Counted from the first letter of the whole stretch, positions 1-12,965 are shown. The stretch: 63,176 nucleotides of DNA, filler included, from Octopus bimaculoides (GCF_001194135.2; 3 parts of 3 records of this genome joined end to end with filler, not necessarily neighbours in it), one strand, 5' to 3'. Notes: generated by a model from the letters alone, not told the origin. Made by a program: numbers and translations.

Positions 1-152
1 CTCTTGATCAGAATTTAATCCTTGATCCAAAATATTTTTTCTTTCCGCCTGTTACAAAATTGAAACTTAAAGACTGCTGATGTAGTTCCATCAACGTGTG
101 GACGCTCAAAACATGAGAGCCACTGTCTGGAACGGCACCAGGGCATTTATTG

Positions 153-207
<55 letters not shown>

Positions 208-540
208 GGAGAGGGAAGTGTTGTCTTGTAGTAGTAAGTTTGTTGAAAGGTGGGTGAATGTTGGAAGAATGGCCAGTGTGAAAGGACCAATTCTGAGCGT
301 GCATCTGTAAACAAAAGAAGAGCTCTTGCGCTGTTGTTCAGGCACCCGTGACTTTTGTGGGTTTTTTCCACGAGGTCCTTAAAGCGCCTCCCCTATTGGG
401 AGTTTTAAATTGTTTGATTTTAATTGTTACTTATATTGTCTACGGGTTGGGAAACCCTTTGTATCGTCCTGTTTTTGTCTTTTATGTTGTTGCATGTCAC
501 TTAATGTAATTTTATATAAGCCTCTGTGGCCAATAAAAAC

Positions 541-613
<73 letters not shown>

Positions 614-618
614 CGTAG

Positions 619-1185
619 GTTGTGAAGGGAGGCCAGCTGAGATCGTGTATATAATCGATGACTCTCGCAGTATTCATCCGAACGATTTCCTTACACAGAT
701 CGACTTTGTCGTTGATGTCACAAGAACATTTCCCATCGGTCCTGATAACGTGAGGATTGGCGCTGTAACCTTTGGTGATAAAATTATTAAAAGTAACACA
801 TTCCCCTTGACGAAGTACACTGACGAAGCCAGCCTCTTGACTGGACTATCTAACATTAAATTCAGCCCAGAAGACGGTGGGAGCACGCAGACTGCCAAAG
901 CTATTATGTACGCACGTAAAAGTGTTTTCAATGATTCCCGAGATGGTGTTGCGAAAATTGCCATTATACTCACCGATGGAGAGTCGACCGAAAAACACAA
1001 AACACTCGCAGAAGCAACTTTAGCAAAGTCGCTCGGCATTAATATAATTGCGATTGGTGTCGGCCCCAAAATTGATGCAGATGAATTGGAAGCGATTGCG
1101 AGTAACCACGAAAGTGTTTTCACTGTGAACAGCTTCAACGCGTTGCAGCAAATTAAAATTAAATTAGGAATGAAAGCCTGTGAAG
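619..1185 (+). CDS. Internal exon encoding one complete vWA domain (matrilin/collagen VI-like secreted protein, gene 1)
   Basis: Acceptor cgtag|GT TGT and donor GAA G|gtgatt; 567 nt, phase 1-1. Translation (G)CEGRPAEIVYIIDDSRSI...VRIGAVTFG...GGSTQT...IILTDGES...IIAIGVG...KACE has the full MIDAS (DxSxS, T, D) and terminal Cys pair. Confidence 0.92.
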
Positions 1186-1214
1186 GTGATTAAAACAAAT
1201 ATTTTATTAACTTT

Positions 1215-1645
1215 TTTCTCTTTTATTTGCTTCAGTCTCATTTGACTGCGGCCATGCTGGGGCAGCACCTTGAAGAATTTTTTAGCCGAACGGATCGACG
1301 CAAATAGGTTTTTATTTTTTATTTTTTCCCCGCAAAGCCTGGGTCTTATTCTATCTGTTTCTTTTGCCGAACCGCTAGGATACGGGGACGTAAACACACC
1401 AACACAGGTTGAGAAGGGGGGGACAAACATAGACATAGACACACACACACACGCATACTCACACATACACGCACACGCATACACACATTTACGACGGGCT
1501 TCTTTTCAGTTTCTGTCCACGAAATCCCCTCACAAGGCCTTGGTCGGCAAGTAGAAGACACTTGCCAAGGTGCCACATACTAAATTAGAACCCGAAACCA
1601 TGTGACCGGGGAGCAGACTTCTTACCACGCAGACACGCTCGCGCC
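1215..1645 (-). mobile_element. tRNA-derived SINE family A, near full length with internal (CA)n
   Basis: Head (minus) gtggtaagaagtctgct...ggtttcgggttctaa; body ccttggcaagtgtcttctact...ccgaccaaggccttgtgag; tail agcatggccgcagtcaaatgagactgaa. Homologous copies at 1700-1830, 12825-12965, 27050-27422 and 33820-33985. Confidence 0.75.
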
Positions 1646-1889
1646 TAATTCCCCACCATCCCAAAAACTCCATAACTTCATCCCTCATCGTTAGTGTGAC
1701 GTCATCATTAGTTTGGTCGGCCGAGGTAATAACAGAAGACATTCACCCAAGGTGTCTCGCATTGGGACTGAACCCGAAGCTATGTGGTTGGGAAATAAAC
1801 TTCTTACCACATAGCTACGCTTGCGCCTATAATTTATTTTATTTTATTTTATTTTACAGTTATTCTATTTTATTTTCATTTCATAACAG

Positions 1890-2045
1890 CGCCCACTACA
1901 ATAGCTCCGCCCACTACAATACCTCCGCCCACTACCACAACAACCCAGCCTACTACCACCACGACTCTGCCTACTACCACCACGACTCTGCCTACTACCA
2001 CCACGACTCTGCCTACCACCACGACACCGATGCCAAAAGACGAAC
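1890..2045 (+). CDS. Pro/Thr-rich mucin-like linker exon (gene 1)
   Basis: ttcatttcataacag|CG CCC ACT ... GAC GAA C|gtgagt; 156 nt, phase 1-1. Translates APTTIAPPTTIPPPTTTTTQPTTTTTLPTTTTTLPTTTTTLPTTTTPMPKDE(P), in frame with both flanking exons. Confidence 0.85.
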
Positions 2046-2305
2046 GTGAGTATCGCTTCGTTTCTTTCTTGTACTCCTTCACATCTCGCCCCCGGTCTGT
2101 CCGCCTCATTTTCTGGTGGTCTGTCTGTCTGTCCGTCCTTTGCCTGCCTGCCTATCTGTCAGTTTGTCTGTCTGTCTGTGCTTGTGTGTCTGCCATTTTG
2201 TTAATCTGTCTGTCTCTCGAATTCCTTTGTGAAACTTGTCCCTTCTCATGTTTTCTCATCCTTTTTGTTCATTCAACACGTATACACATACGTATGTATA
2301 CGAAT

Positions 2306-2362
<57 letters not shown>

Positions 2363-2644
2363 NNNNNNNNNNNNNNNNNNNNNNNNNNNNNNNNNNNNNN
2401 NNNNNNNNNNNNNNNNNNNNNNNNNNNNNNNNNNNNNNNNNNNNNNNNNNNNNNNNNNNNNNNNNNNNNNNNNNNNNNNNNNNNNNNNNNNNNNNNNNNN
2501 NNNNNNNNNNNNNNNNNNNNNNNNNNNNNNNNNNNNNNNNNNNNNNNNNNNNNNNNNNNNNNNNNNNNNNNNNNNNNNNNNNNNNNNNNNNNNNNNNNNN
2601 NNNNNNNNNNNNNNNNNNNNNNNNNNNNNNNNNNNNNNNNNNNN

Positions 2645-2683
<39 letters not shown>

Positions 2684-3958
2684 GTATATATATGTATAAC
2701 ATATGTGAGTGTATACATGCATGTATGTTTATGGGTGTATACGCACACACACATACAGAAATTTACTTATATATATATATATATACACACACACGTATGT
2801 AAATGTATATAAACATGCATTTACTTACACATACGTGCACGCACACACGCACTTATACTCTATACAATACATATTTACATACGTGTATGTATATTTAAAT
2901 GGATACCATTTAAGAAGGGAAATTCTATGGAAAACTAGAATTTAGCGTAAAATACTCGGAACCAGGAGGAATTCCAACCGCGATTCGTGGTTTGCTACCT
3001 CAACAGCTCCAGTGGCTAAAGACATTATCAGGAGGAACGACGTCCAGTTTCGGCCCCTACTCCTCTACCGTTTTCGAAGTGGCGGGGCTCCGCCTTTCGG
3101 AGGTGTCTTCAGCTCTGGTGTTCAGTACGTTTCTTCTTTCTCCTTTTGACTTCTGTTCCCTGGCTTCTTCGATGCAGCGTCAACGAGTGTCTGCGGGAGA
3201 CTGACCATCCTGCCAAATTCCCCTTCTAAATACTCCCTAGTAGGNNNNNNNNNNNNNNNNNNNNNNNNNNNNNNNNNNNNNNNNNNNNNNNNNNNNNNNN
3301 NNNNNNNNNNNNNNNNNNNNNNNNNNNNNNNNNNNNNNNNNNNNNNNNNNNNNNNNNNNNNNNNNNNNNNNNNNNNNNNNNNNNNNNNNNNNNNNNNNNN
3401 NNNNNNNNNNNNNNNNNNNNNNNNNNNNNNNNNNNNNNNNNNNNNNNNNNNNNNNNNNNNNNNNNNNNNNNNNNNNNNNNNNNNNNNNNNNNNNNNNNNN
3501 NNNNNNNNNNNNNNNNNNNNNNNNNNNNNNNNNNNNNNNNNNNNNNNNNNNNNNNNNNNNNNNNNNNNNNNNNNNNNNNNNNNNNNNNNNNNNNNNNNNN
3601 NNNNNNNNNNNNNNNNNNNNNNNNNNNNNNNNNNNNNNNNNNNNNNNNNNNNNNNNNNNNNNNNNNNNNNNNNNNNNNNNNNNNNNNNNNNNNNNNNNNN
3701 NNNNNNNNNNNNNNNNNNNNNNNNNNNNNNNNNNNNNNNNNNNNNNNNNNNNNNNNNNNNNNNNNNNNNNNNNNNNNNNNTATATAGAAACTAGCTTTTT
3801 CGACTGCCTCCTGTATTCTCCTTATTACTTTTCTCAGTTCTGAACTCAGAAAATGCAAACCTTCTTTTGAATAGCGTTATTCAAGATATTTGTTTATTTA
3901 AGTAATGGTACTTACAGGTGTAGTCGTCTTTCTTTCAAATTTCGACACACACAAAGTA

Positions 3959-4000
<42 letters not shown>

Positions 4001-4084
4001 GAGGTATAATCTTTATTCTGCATGGGTAGATATTTTCAACGTTTATTTATCCTGTACCGGGGCATTTATTTTTTTAAATTCCAG

Positions 4085-4252
4085 CCTGTGATAAAGACAT
4101 AGACGTTAATTTCGTGTTTGACTCTGCTATGTTGGGTGACCAAAGCACAAAAGATGTTATTCACTTCATCGAGAGTTCAATCTCTGAGAAAGATCTTGAT
4201 AAAAACAACATCAGGTTTGGAGCGGTTTCTGGACCTTGCGAGAAAGTGTATG
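4085..4252 (+). CDS. Exon encoding the N-terminal part of a degenerate (MIDAS-less) vWA domain (gene 1)
   Basis: tttttaaattccag|CC TGT ... GTG TAT G|gtaagt; 168 nt, phase 1-1. Translates (P)CDKDIDVNFVFDSAMLGDQSTKDVIHFIESSISEKDLDKNNIRFGAVSGPCEKVY: vWA beta1 (DVNFVFD) and beta2 (IRFGAV), with DxSxS replaced by DSAML. Absent from the ORF track in this frame. Confidence 0.8.
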
Positions 4253-4639
4253 GTAAGTAGAATACAATTAACAGCTTTTCTAATTAACGCATATCATGGC
4301 ATTCCGTCGGTTACGACGACGAAGGTTCCAGTTGATCCTGTTCGTGAAATTAACGTGCATGTGGCTGAGCACTCCACAGACACGTGTACCCTTAACGTAG
4401 TTCTCGGGGATATTCAGCATGACACAGTGTGACAAGGCTGGCCCTTTGAATTACAGGCACAACAGAAACAGGATCTTAAACTTCCTCTGGCCGTTTTAAT
4501 CTAATACATTCACTGTGCCCGTTGTTTTGGCTTTTGTTGTTCTCCTATATTTGTTTTTATATTTGGCTTGCCTGTATACATACATATACCTACCTACCTA
4601 CATACATACATCCGTGCATACATACATATATGAAAAAAT

Positions 4640-4899
4640 AAATAGCAAATGTTTCCTTCTCGAGCCATGCCAGATTATGAGGGCCGGTTTCCCGGTTTCA
4701 GTGGCGTATATACTCCCCACCTGGACGGGACGCCAGTCCATCACAGGGTGACTCATTTTAGCCAGTTTTGTGGACTGGAGCAACGTGAAATGAAATGCTT
4801 TGCTCAAGAACACAACGTGTGACCCAGTCCAGGAATTGAAACCATAATCTCACGTTCATGAGTCCAACACCCCTTACCACTAAGCTACGCGCCCTCACT
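4640..4899 (-). mobile_element. tRNA-derived SINE family C
   Basis: Minus head gggcgcgtagcttagtggtaagg...ggtttcaattcct, then central domain gtgttcttgagcaaagcatttcatttcacgttgctccagtccac, typical of conserved-core metazoan SINEs. Confidence 0.65.
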
Positions 4900-5455
4900 N
4901 NNNNNNNNNNNNNNNNNNNNNNNNNNNNNNNNNNNNNNNNNNNNNNNNNNNNNNNNNNNNNNNNNNNNNNNNNNNNNNNNNNNNNNNNNNNNNNNNNNNN
5001 NNNNNNNNNNNNNNNNNNNNNNNNNNNNNNNNNNNNNNNNNNNNNNNNNNNNNNNNNNNNNNNNNNNNNNNNNNNNNNNNNNNNNNNNNNNNNNNNNNNN
5101 NNNNNNNNNNNNNNNNNNNNNNNNNNNNNNNNNNNNNNNNNNNNNNNNNNNNNNNNNNNNNNNNNNNNNNNNNNNNNNNNNNNNNNNNNNNNNNNNNNNN
5201 NNNNNNNNNNNNNNNNNNNNNNNNNNNNNNNNNNNNNNNNNNNNNNNNNNNNNNNNNNNNNNNNNNNNNNNNNNNNNNNNNNNNNNNNNNNNNNNNNNNN
5301 NNNNNNNNNNNNNNNNNNNNNNNNNNNNNNNNNNNNNNNNNNNNNNNNNNNNNNNNNNNNNNNNNNNNNNNNNNNNNNNNNNNNNNNNNNNNNNNNNNNN
5401 NNNNNNNNNNNNNNNNNNNNNNNNNNNNNNNNNNNNNNNNNNNNNNNNNNNNNNN

Positions 5456-5507
<52 letters not shown>

Positions 5508-5528
5508 CCAACCTACCTACCTACTTAC

Positions 5529-5594
<66 letters not shown>

Positions 5595-6428
5595 GACACG
5601 CACGTACGCACACGCACACATATCCATATATAAGTAAATCTATTCATACATACATACAAAAATTTCCATACATATGCATACATATATACTTACACATACA
5701 CACATCTACCTACCTACCTACCTCCCTACTTACCTATCTATCTATCTATCTATTTATTTATACCACTGCTCCTCTACTGGGGTTCTTGTGACCCTTTGAG
5801 AGTCGAGGCGTGGTTCCTGTAAGATTGTCCTATTGGGGCTGATGAACAATAAACTGGTTTTACTTCTGCAATGTACAAAATATATTTCAACATTTTTTCT
5901 AAACATTTCCTAATAATATTTAAGCATAAAAATAGGAATTGTTTTAACATGGGGATCCAGTAGAGCAAAATAAGAACCAAGAGGTTTCGTGGGCAAAAAA
6001 AAAAAAATAGTGAAAACCCCTGATCTAGACACATACAGGGATATCAAACTCCATACAACATAAGCCCTTAATTTCTTTAAAACCATCGTCGCCTCTAGAG
6101 TATGCATCAAAATTACCAAATGACAATATGAGAAGGGGAGATAACCTCAAAAATCAAAGTTGATATGTCGTTGAGGAAAACGATAGGCCTCTTGTATGAA
6201 AATGAGGGGATAGTCGTCGGTACATGTTTCTAGCTCAATAACCGTCTTCAACACGGTAATCGTCCCACATTATCGTCTGTAGATAAAGGATTTAGACTTA
6301 TGCGAAAATTCTTCTGTGTGTGTGTGTGTGTGTGTGTAGTGTTAAAGCCTAGTGTTAAACGCATATAGTTGATCAGTCTATAGAGACATGTTTTAAAAAG
6401 TATCTCTGAGCGCTCCACACCCCCCCAT

Positions 6429-6463
<35 letters not shown>

Positions 6464-6669
6464 TGCGCGCGCGTGAACACTAACAGCGACAAATGAAAAT
6501 AATGGCGCATGTGATGTTGCCAAGGGAGACTACTNNNNNNNNNNNNNNNNNNNNNNNNNNNNNNNNNNNNNNNNNNNNNNNNNNNNNNNNNNNNNNNNNN
6601 NNNNNNNNNNNNNNNNNNNNNNNNNNNNNNNNNNNGTAACGTTCTTGCTATGTCTGTCAACCGTTTCAG

Positions 6670-6723
6670 ATCGGGCATAAAGTACATTGATCGGGCGCTG
6701 CAGTTCGGCAACTATCCAATCAG
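6670..6723 (+). CDS. Candidate small exon (or end of a coding stretch emerging from the 6535-6635 gap)
   Basis: ccgtttcag|A TCG ... ATC AG|gtgaga, 54 nt, phase 2-2. The same frame is open from the gap edge: NVLAMSVNRFRSGIKYIDRALQFGNYPIR, stop at 6725-6727. No recognisable family. Confidence 0.22.
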
Positions 6724-6918
6724 GTGAGAGTATGTTAATGACTGAAGATAATTAAAGACAAATCAACAATAAAAGTAATTTAAAGAAAAGAAGAAAAGAA
6801 CAAAAAAAAAAGCCAAAAAAACACACAATAACATGAAAAACAACAATAATAATTATAACTTGAAATTTTGGCACAAATGCAGCAATAATAATAACGATGA
6901 TGATTGATGATGGTAATA

Positions 6919-6976
<58 letters not shown>

Positions 6977-7070
6977 TAATTATAATGATGATAATAGTTG
7001 AATTTAACGTACGATAGCGTCTTATAAAGCTAGATTTATATATCTTAAAATAGCAAAAGAAATTGTCGAT

Positions 7071-7145
7071 GGGTGGTTTAGTTTAATGGTAAAGCACTTG
7101 ACACGTAGTCACAGGCATGTGAGTTTGAGTCTCTTAGCTGGCGGC
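7071..7145 (+). pseudogene. Degenerate tRNA-like sequence / isolated SINE head
   Basis: GGTGGTTTAGTTTAATGGTAAAGCACTTGACACGTAGTCACAGGCATGTGAGTTTGAGTC: A-box, anticodon-arm-like TGAC..GTCA and decayed B box. Acceptor stem not supported. Confidence 0.35.
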
Positions 7146-7249
7146 CAACAAATTTTTCTATAAAATATGGATGGTTTATCCTGTTCATGCTATTTTATTA
7201 GCATTTGAGAATAAAATTATTTCCTTTTCTGTATCTTTCAATAATAATT

Positions 7250-7476
7250 TTATTTCTTTATTGCCCATAGGGGGCAAAATATAGAGGAGACAAACAAGGA
7301 CATACAAAGGGATTAAGTCGATTGCATCGACCCCAGTGCGTAACTGGTGCTCATTTAATAGACCCCGAAAGGATGAAAGGTAAAGTTAACCTCGGCGGAA
7401 TTTGAACTCAGAACGTACCAACTGGTGAAATAAGCATTTCACCCGGCATGCAAACGATTCTACCAGCTCGCCGCCT
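7250..7476 (-). mobile_element. SINE family B
   Basis: Reverse complement of the motif ggcgagctggcagaa..cgttagca...ttctgagttcaaattccgccgaggtcgactttgcctttcatcctttcggggtcgataaattaagtacc, which recurs more than 15 times in the window. Confidence 0.75.
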
Positions 7477-7837
7477 GAAAGAAAAAGAANNNNNNNNNNA
7501 AAAAAAAAAAAAAAAAAAAAAAATAATAACAGTAGTAGTAGTAGTAGTAAATGTAATAAATATCAGAAAAATGTAGGCAGTATTATGGTACGATATCTTA
7601 TACTATTTTCCATCCTTTCTTTCTTTTCCCTCCTTTCTTTTTCCTCCCTTTGTTCTTTCTTTCATTATTTTTGCACTTTTTTCCTTCTTTTTCTTTTATT
7701 CCTTCCGTTTTTCTTTCTTTCTTTCTTTCTTTCTTTCTTTCCTTTTCCTTTTTCCTTCCTTTCTTTTTTCTTTCATCATCTTTCTTTCATCATTTTTCTT
7801 TCTTTCTTTCTTTCTTTCTTTTGCTGTGTGTGTGTGT

Positions 7838-7886
<49 letters not shown>

Positions 7887-7991
7887 TTCCTTTCCCTTCC
7901 TTCCGTATCTCATTTCATTGTTTTGCTTTATGCCAATATTTGTTCCGTACATTTCTGTTCAGGTCCATTACTTGAACACAGCGATAGACAC

Positions 7992-8081
<90 letters not shown>

Positions 8082-9014
8082 ACAAGCACGTCCTATCCGA
8101 CGAACGTTATCACGGGTCTCTCATCTCTCCTTATTCGGTCAGAAGGCTTGAGTCGATCCGAAGCTATGAGGCTATGGGTGTAGAAAGACATTTGATTCGC
8201 TCAAGATGAACGCAGTGGGATCGAAACCAGCTTCACGGCATATATATTTTATCGCTTAATTAGAGAACAACAAGTAATTAGTGTAGTCGTTCTTTGTGGA
8301 GCTTCGGAGAATGGGTGGAGAAGAGGAGGACGATGAGTCAGAAACTGCGTTTGAAAGGTTTTAGACAAATGGAGAAGGAAACTACAAAAATGAAAGCAGG
8401 AATTACGTAAGTTTAAGGTTTGAAACCATGAGCCCCTTTTTACAAGACCTTGTACTTAAAATGATAAATATTTTGAGAGGTTTTCAGAAGGTATAAAATC
8501 GATTAACGGAAACCAAAGAAAAAGCAATTAAAATCGAGCTTGGAATTAAAACTATTGCCCAAGAATAAATATAAGTACGGATTCAGTTTCAATCAATCCA
8601 ACGGGCTTCAGTACAGTCGCCTATCACTTACTCTATCAACCACGGGGCTTGGATCGACTCGAGTTAATGGTAGTAGAAGATACTTACTCAAGATGCCGGG
8701 TGGTACACGCACACACACATACACTCACGCACTTACACATGGATACACGCACTCACGCACATACAAACGCATACTCACAAATGCACGTATATATATACAC
8801 ACACACATGTATATATATTAGTATACCCGTACCATAAAAAATCATGGGATTTTAAAAGAATATAAAAATGGTACCATCGAAATTTAAGTCTCCATCCAAA
8901 TTTGGTCCACCACCGAAATTGTTTAGCGAAACTTTGCAGCGGACGGCTATATGCTCCAGCTTGGCCTTACCCTATCCAGCTTTATTTCCTGTTCTTGCTT
9001 TACTTGATTCATAG

Positions 9015-9053
9015 GCGTGATTCCAACAATACTACCGACCGTGCCGAACGAGA
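9015..9053 (+). CDS. Candidate 39-nt symmetric linker microexon
   Basis: Long pyrimidine tract tttatttcctgttcttgctttacttgattcatag and donor gtaaga. The phase-1 reading GVIPTILPTVPNE resembles the end of the 1890-2045 linker (TTPMPKDE). The phase-2 frame is also open. Confidence 0.4.
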
Positions 9054-9154
9054 GTAAGATTTAAGGTTTTGTTTCTTAAATGCATGTTAATTTAGTTGCT
9101 GTTTTGGTTTTTGCTGCTGTTGGCATTGATCGATGCTGCTACTGCTGCTGCTGC

Positions 9155-9224
<70 letters not shown>

Positions 9225-9226
<2 letters not shown>

Positions 9227-9467
9227 GTTTGACTTTTGCTTTGCATTTGTACAAGTTGGATCCAAGTCTCACCCAGAGACCTCAAGAGACAACAAGTTAG
9301 AAGTTCATGTAGGTGTTATGCCTAGGGTACCATATATTTGGGTTTGTACAGTTTTGTTCTAGTGAATGTTTAAGAAACCATAAGAAAATTATGTGTTTGC
9401 TTTAAAATTTGAGATCACATAGACAGTATTTTACGTAGGATATGGGCAGTTCCCATGAGCACTATCT
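9225..9467 (-). mobile_element. 3' end of Dong/R4-like non-LTR retrotransposon with (AAT)n tail
   Basis: Minus frame ends KIVLMGTAHILRKILSM*, the C-terminus of the restriction-like endonuclease (REL) ORF, then a 3' UTR running directly into (AAT)n at 9157-9224. Confidence 0.75.
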
Positions 9468-10844
9468 TNNNNNNNNNNNNNNNNNNNNNNNNNNNNNNNN
9501 NNNNNNNNNNNNNNNNNNNNNNNNNNNNNNNNNNNNNNNNNNNNNNNNNNNNNNNNNNNNNNNNNNNNNNNNNNNNNNNNNNNNNNNNNNNNNNNNNNNN
9601 NNNNNNNNNNNNNNNNNNNNNNNNNNNNNNNNNNNNNNNNNNNNNNNNNNNNNNNNNNNNNNNNNNNNNNNNNNNNNNNNNNNNNNNNNNNNNNNNNNNN
9701 NNNNNNNNNNNNNNNNNNNNNNNNNNNNNNNNNNNNNNNNNNNNNNNNNNNNNNNNNNNNNNNNNNNNNNNNNNNNNNNNNNNNNNNNNNNNNNNNNNNN
9801 NNNNNNNNNNNNNNNNNNNNNNNNNNNNNNNNNNNNNNNNNNNNNNNNNNNNNNNNNNNNNNNNNNNNNNNNNNNNNNNNNNNNNNNNNNNNNNNNNNNN
9901 NNNNNNNNNNNNNNNNNNNNNNNNNNNNNNNNNNNNNNNNNNNNNNNNNNNNNNNNNNNNNNNNNNNNNNNNNNNNNNNNNNNNNNNNNNNNNNNNNNNN
10001 NNNNNNNNNNNNNNNNNNNNNNNNNNNNNNNNNNNNNNNNNNNNNNNNNNNNNNNNNNNNNNNNNNNNNNNNNNNNNNNNNNNNNNNNNNNNNNNNNNNN
10101 NNNNNNNNNNNNNNNNNNNNNNNNNNNNNNNNNNNNNNNNNNNNNNNNNNNNNNNNNNNNNNNNNNNNNNNNNNNNNNNNNNNNNNNNNNNNNNNNNNNN
10201 NNNNNNNNNNNNNNNNNNNNNNNNNNNNNNNNNNNNNNNNNNNNNNNNNNNNNNNNNNNNNNNNNNNNNNNNNNNNNNNNNNNNNNNNNNNNNNNNNNNN
10301 NNNNNNNNNNNNNNNNNNNNNNNNNNNNNTATATATACATATATACACATATACATACATATGTATGTATGTATGTACGTATATCATCCAAAACGGAGAC
10401 GAGTGCCAACTTTCTCATGTGATACGCTTGAAAAAATTGTAAAGATACCTCTTTACACCAAACCATTGGTAGCCTTGTGAACCCTCAAATAAAGAATGTT
10501 TATCCACTAATGTGAATAATATTTATCCACTCATATTAGAGTGTATCGTTAAAGGCACGAAATTGCGTTTGACTCACTGACCGATAACTGATGAGGGGTT
10601 CGTAAGTTTCTGTGTTTGCTTTCCGCTCGTCTGTGCATTTACTATACGTTTTTAACTGATATATGTTTGTGTAGATGTGTGTGTGTGCATATGTGTGCGT
10701 GCGTGTGTATATGTATAATTATTATTATTACGCTTAGTGGCATTTTCGTCTGTCTTTACGTTCTGAGTTCAAATCCCGCTGAGGTCGACTTTGCCTTTCA
10801 TCTTCCCGGGGTCGGTAAATGAAGTACCAGTGTAAAAGGGTTAC

Positions 10845-10911
<67 letters not shown>

Positions 10912-11070
10912 TATGTTAGAAACGTTCGCTATAATGTTTGTTGTTGTTGAGGACTGTTTTTGTTGTTTTTACAATATTGCTTGACAATATTCTGCGTGTG
11001 TACTGTCTTGTCACGTGTCTCATGTGCCTGGTGCATATTATTATTTCTATTATTATTGCTGTTGTTGTTG

Positions 11071-11141
<71 letters not shown>

Positions 11142-11320
11142 GTTGTCGTTGTCATCATCATCATCATCATCACTACTACTACTACTACTATTATTATTAT
11201 TATCATCATCATTATTATTATTATTATTATTATTATCATTATTATTATTATTAATGTGTGTTATATGTTGTTCTTTGAAATTGTCGTCGGTGTTTTGAGC
11301 CTCTGCAGCCAATAAAAAAA

Positions 11321-11361
<41 letters not shown>

Positions 11362-11370
11362 CCATCATCA
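10845..11370. repeat. Compound trinucleotide microsatellite block (TTA/GTT/CAT/CTA)
   Basis: Directly visible. Representative of dozens of (TTA)n, (CA)n, (TA)n, (GA)n, (ATAG)n, (ATGT)n, (CTT)n and (ACT)n tracts throughout the window. Confidence 0.95.
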
Positions 11371-12168
11371 TTGTATTCACTGAGGAGGCGAACCGACAGA
11401 ATCTTTAAAAACGCCGGTTTCTCGTTCGTTTTAACGTTCTGTGTACAGATTCCGTCGAGTTCGACCTTGCTTTATCGCTATCTGGGGATCGATAAAATTA
11501 ATAATCGACTAGCTTTCCCCCTTCAGAATTTCAGGCCCTGTGCCTTAGTAGAAAGAATTATATAACAATCTGAGCATTGAAATCATGGAAATAATAAAGT
11601 GCCGGATTAAATGTCCTGTAGTCTCTTCAGTTACGTCCCCTTTTATTTTTCTTCGTTGTATTCTATTGATTAATCTTTTTTTTTTTTTCTTTAAATGTAT
11701 TTTCAGACAAGAAACCCGACTGCCCTTAAAAGGAATCACACAAAAAAAAAAAAAGAAAGAAACAATCTTCAGAGACAAACTTTTAATCTTATAATCTTTA
11801 TAACCATTAATCCATAATCGCTATGCATCAAGTGAAAGGTCAGAGAGACGAAAAAGAGATAAAGAGGTCCAAGCACAAGCACATACGGATGTACACACAC
11901 GCACACACACGCACACACACACACGCACACGCTCACTCACACTCACGCACACACATACATAAACATACACACGAACATCAATATGAATGAGGTACTCCAG
12001 TATGGCGTGATGGTTAAAACTAAAGGACTAAAGCAGCTATGTACATGCACACGTACATACACAGAAACGCTTATATATATATATAGACACATACATACAT
12101 ACATATACATATACATGCATATATATATATATATATACATACATATACATATGTATGCATATATATAT

Positions 12169-12268
<100 letters not shown>

Positions 12269-12824
12269 GAAAAGATATTGAAATAAACATTTCTCTTACG
12301 TATGTTGCTATTGTTTTTTTTTTATTACTTTTTTGGTCTCAAATTTTGCCGGATTACAAAATATTCATTGTTATTATTCTATCATACTTCGGAAGAAGCA
12401 GCGCAATGTCACTAACATTTTTGCACAGGACTTCCGGTGGTTGGTGGGGCAGGGCAGGGCTAGGAAGAAGAAAGCACAGCTTCCTGTTGTTGGCTGTCGA
12501 TCGTGTTTTTGAAGATGTCGTTGTGAGGTTCAATTCACCTCCGATCAAGTGGAGAAATGATCGAAAGTATTTCGGCCATGACCATCCCATCGTATACCCA
12601 GTCATTATGTACTTAGGGCTCCATTACCTGGGCATTTCCTTTCTTGTTGTTGTTTAACCCCAGGTTAGCTCCGACAGCGTAGACAGGTTATAGCGTCTCT
12701 CTAAAAGAAATGGAGAAATCTTTCAAAATACAAGACCTGAAAATAAAGGTAATTCAAAGGGCCAGCAGCGTGACGCTGAATCCCTCTGAAGACTCCATTA
12801 ACGTCTGTGGAGTACAGGAATGGT

Positions 12825-12965
12825 AAGTAGCTTACTTACCAACCACATGGTTCTGGGTTCAGACTCACTGCGTGGCACATGGGTAAGTGTCTTCTACTAT
12901 AGCCTCAGGCCGACCAAAGTCTTGTGAGAAGATTTGGTAGACGGAAACTGAAAGAAGCCTGTCGT
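12825..12965 (+). mobile_element. SINE family A (5' part), ending in (TA)n and a gap
   Basis: ggtaagtagcttacttaccaaccacatggttctgggttcagactcactgcgtggcacatgggtaagtgtcttctactatagcctcaggccgaccaaag; homologous to 1215-1645. Confidence 0.75.

Noticed and set aside
2950-3244. GC-rich stretch with partial open frames
   Set aside because: Stops in the plausible frames and no recognisable motif; probably a retroelement ORF1 relic but unassignable.
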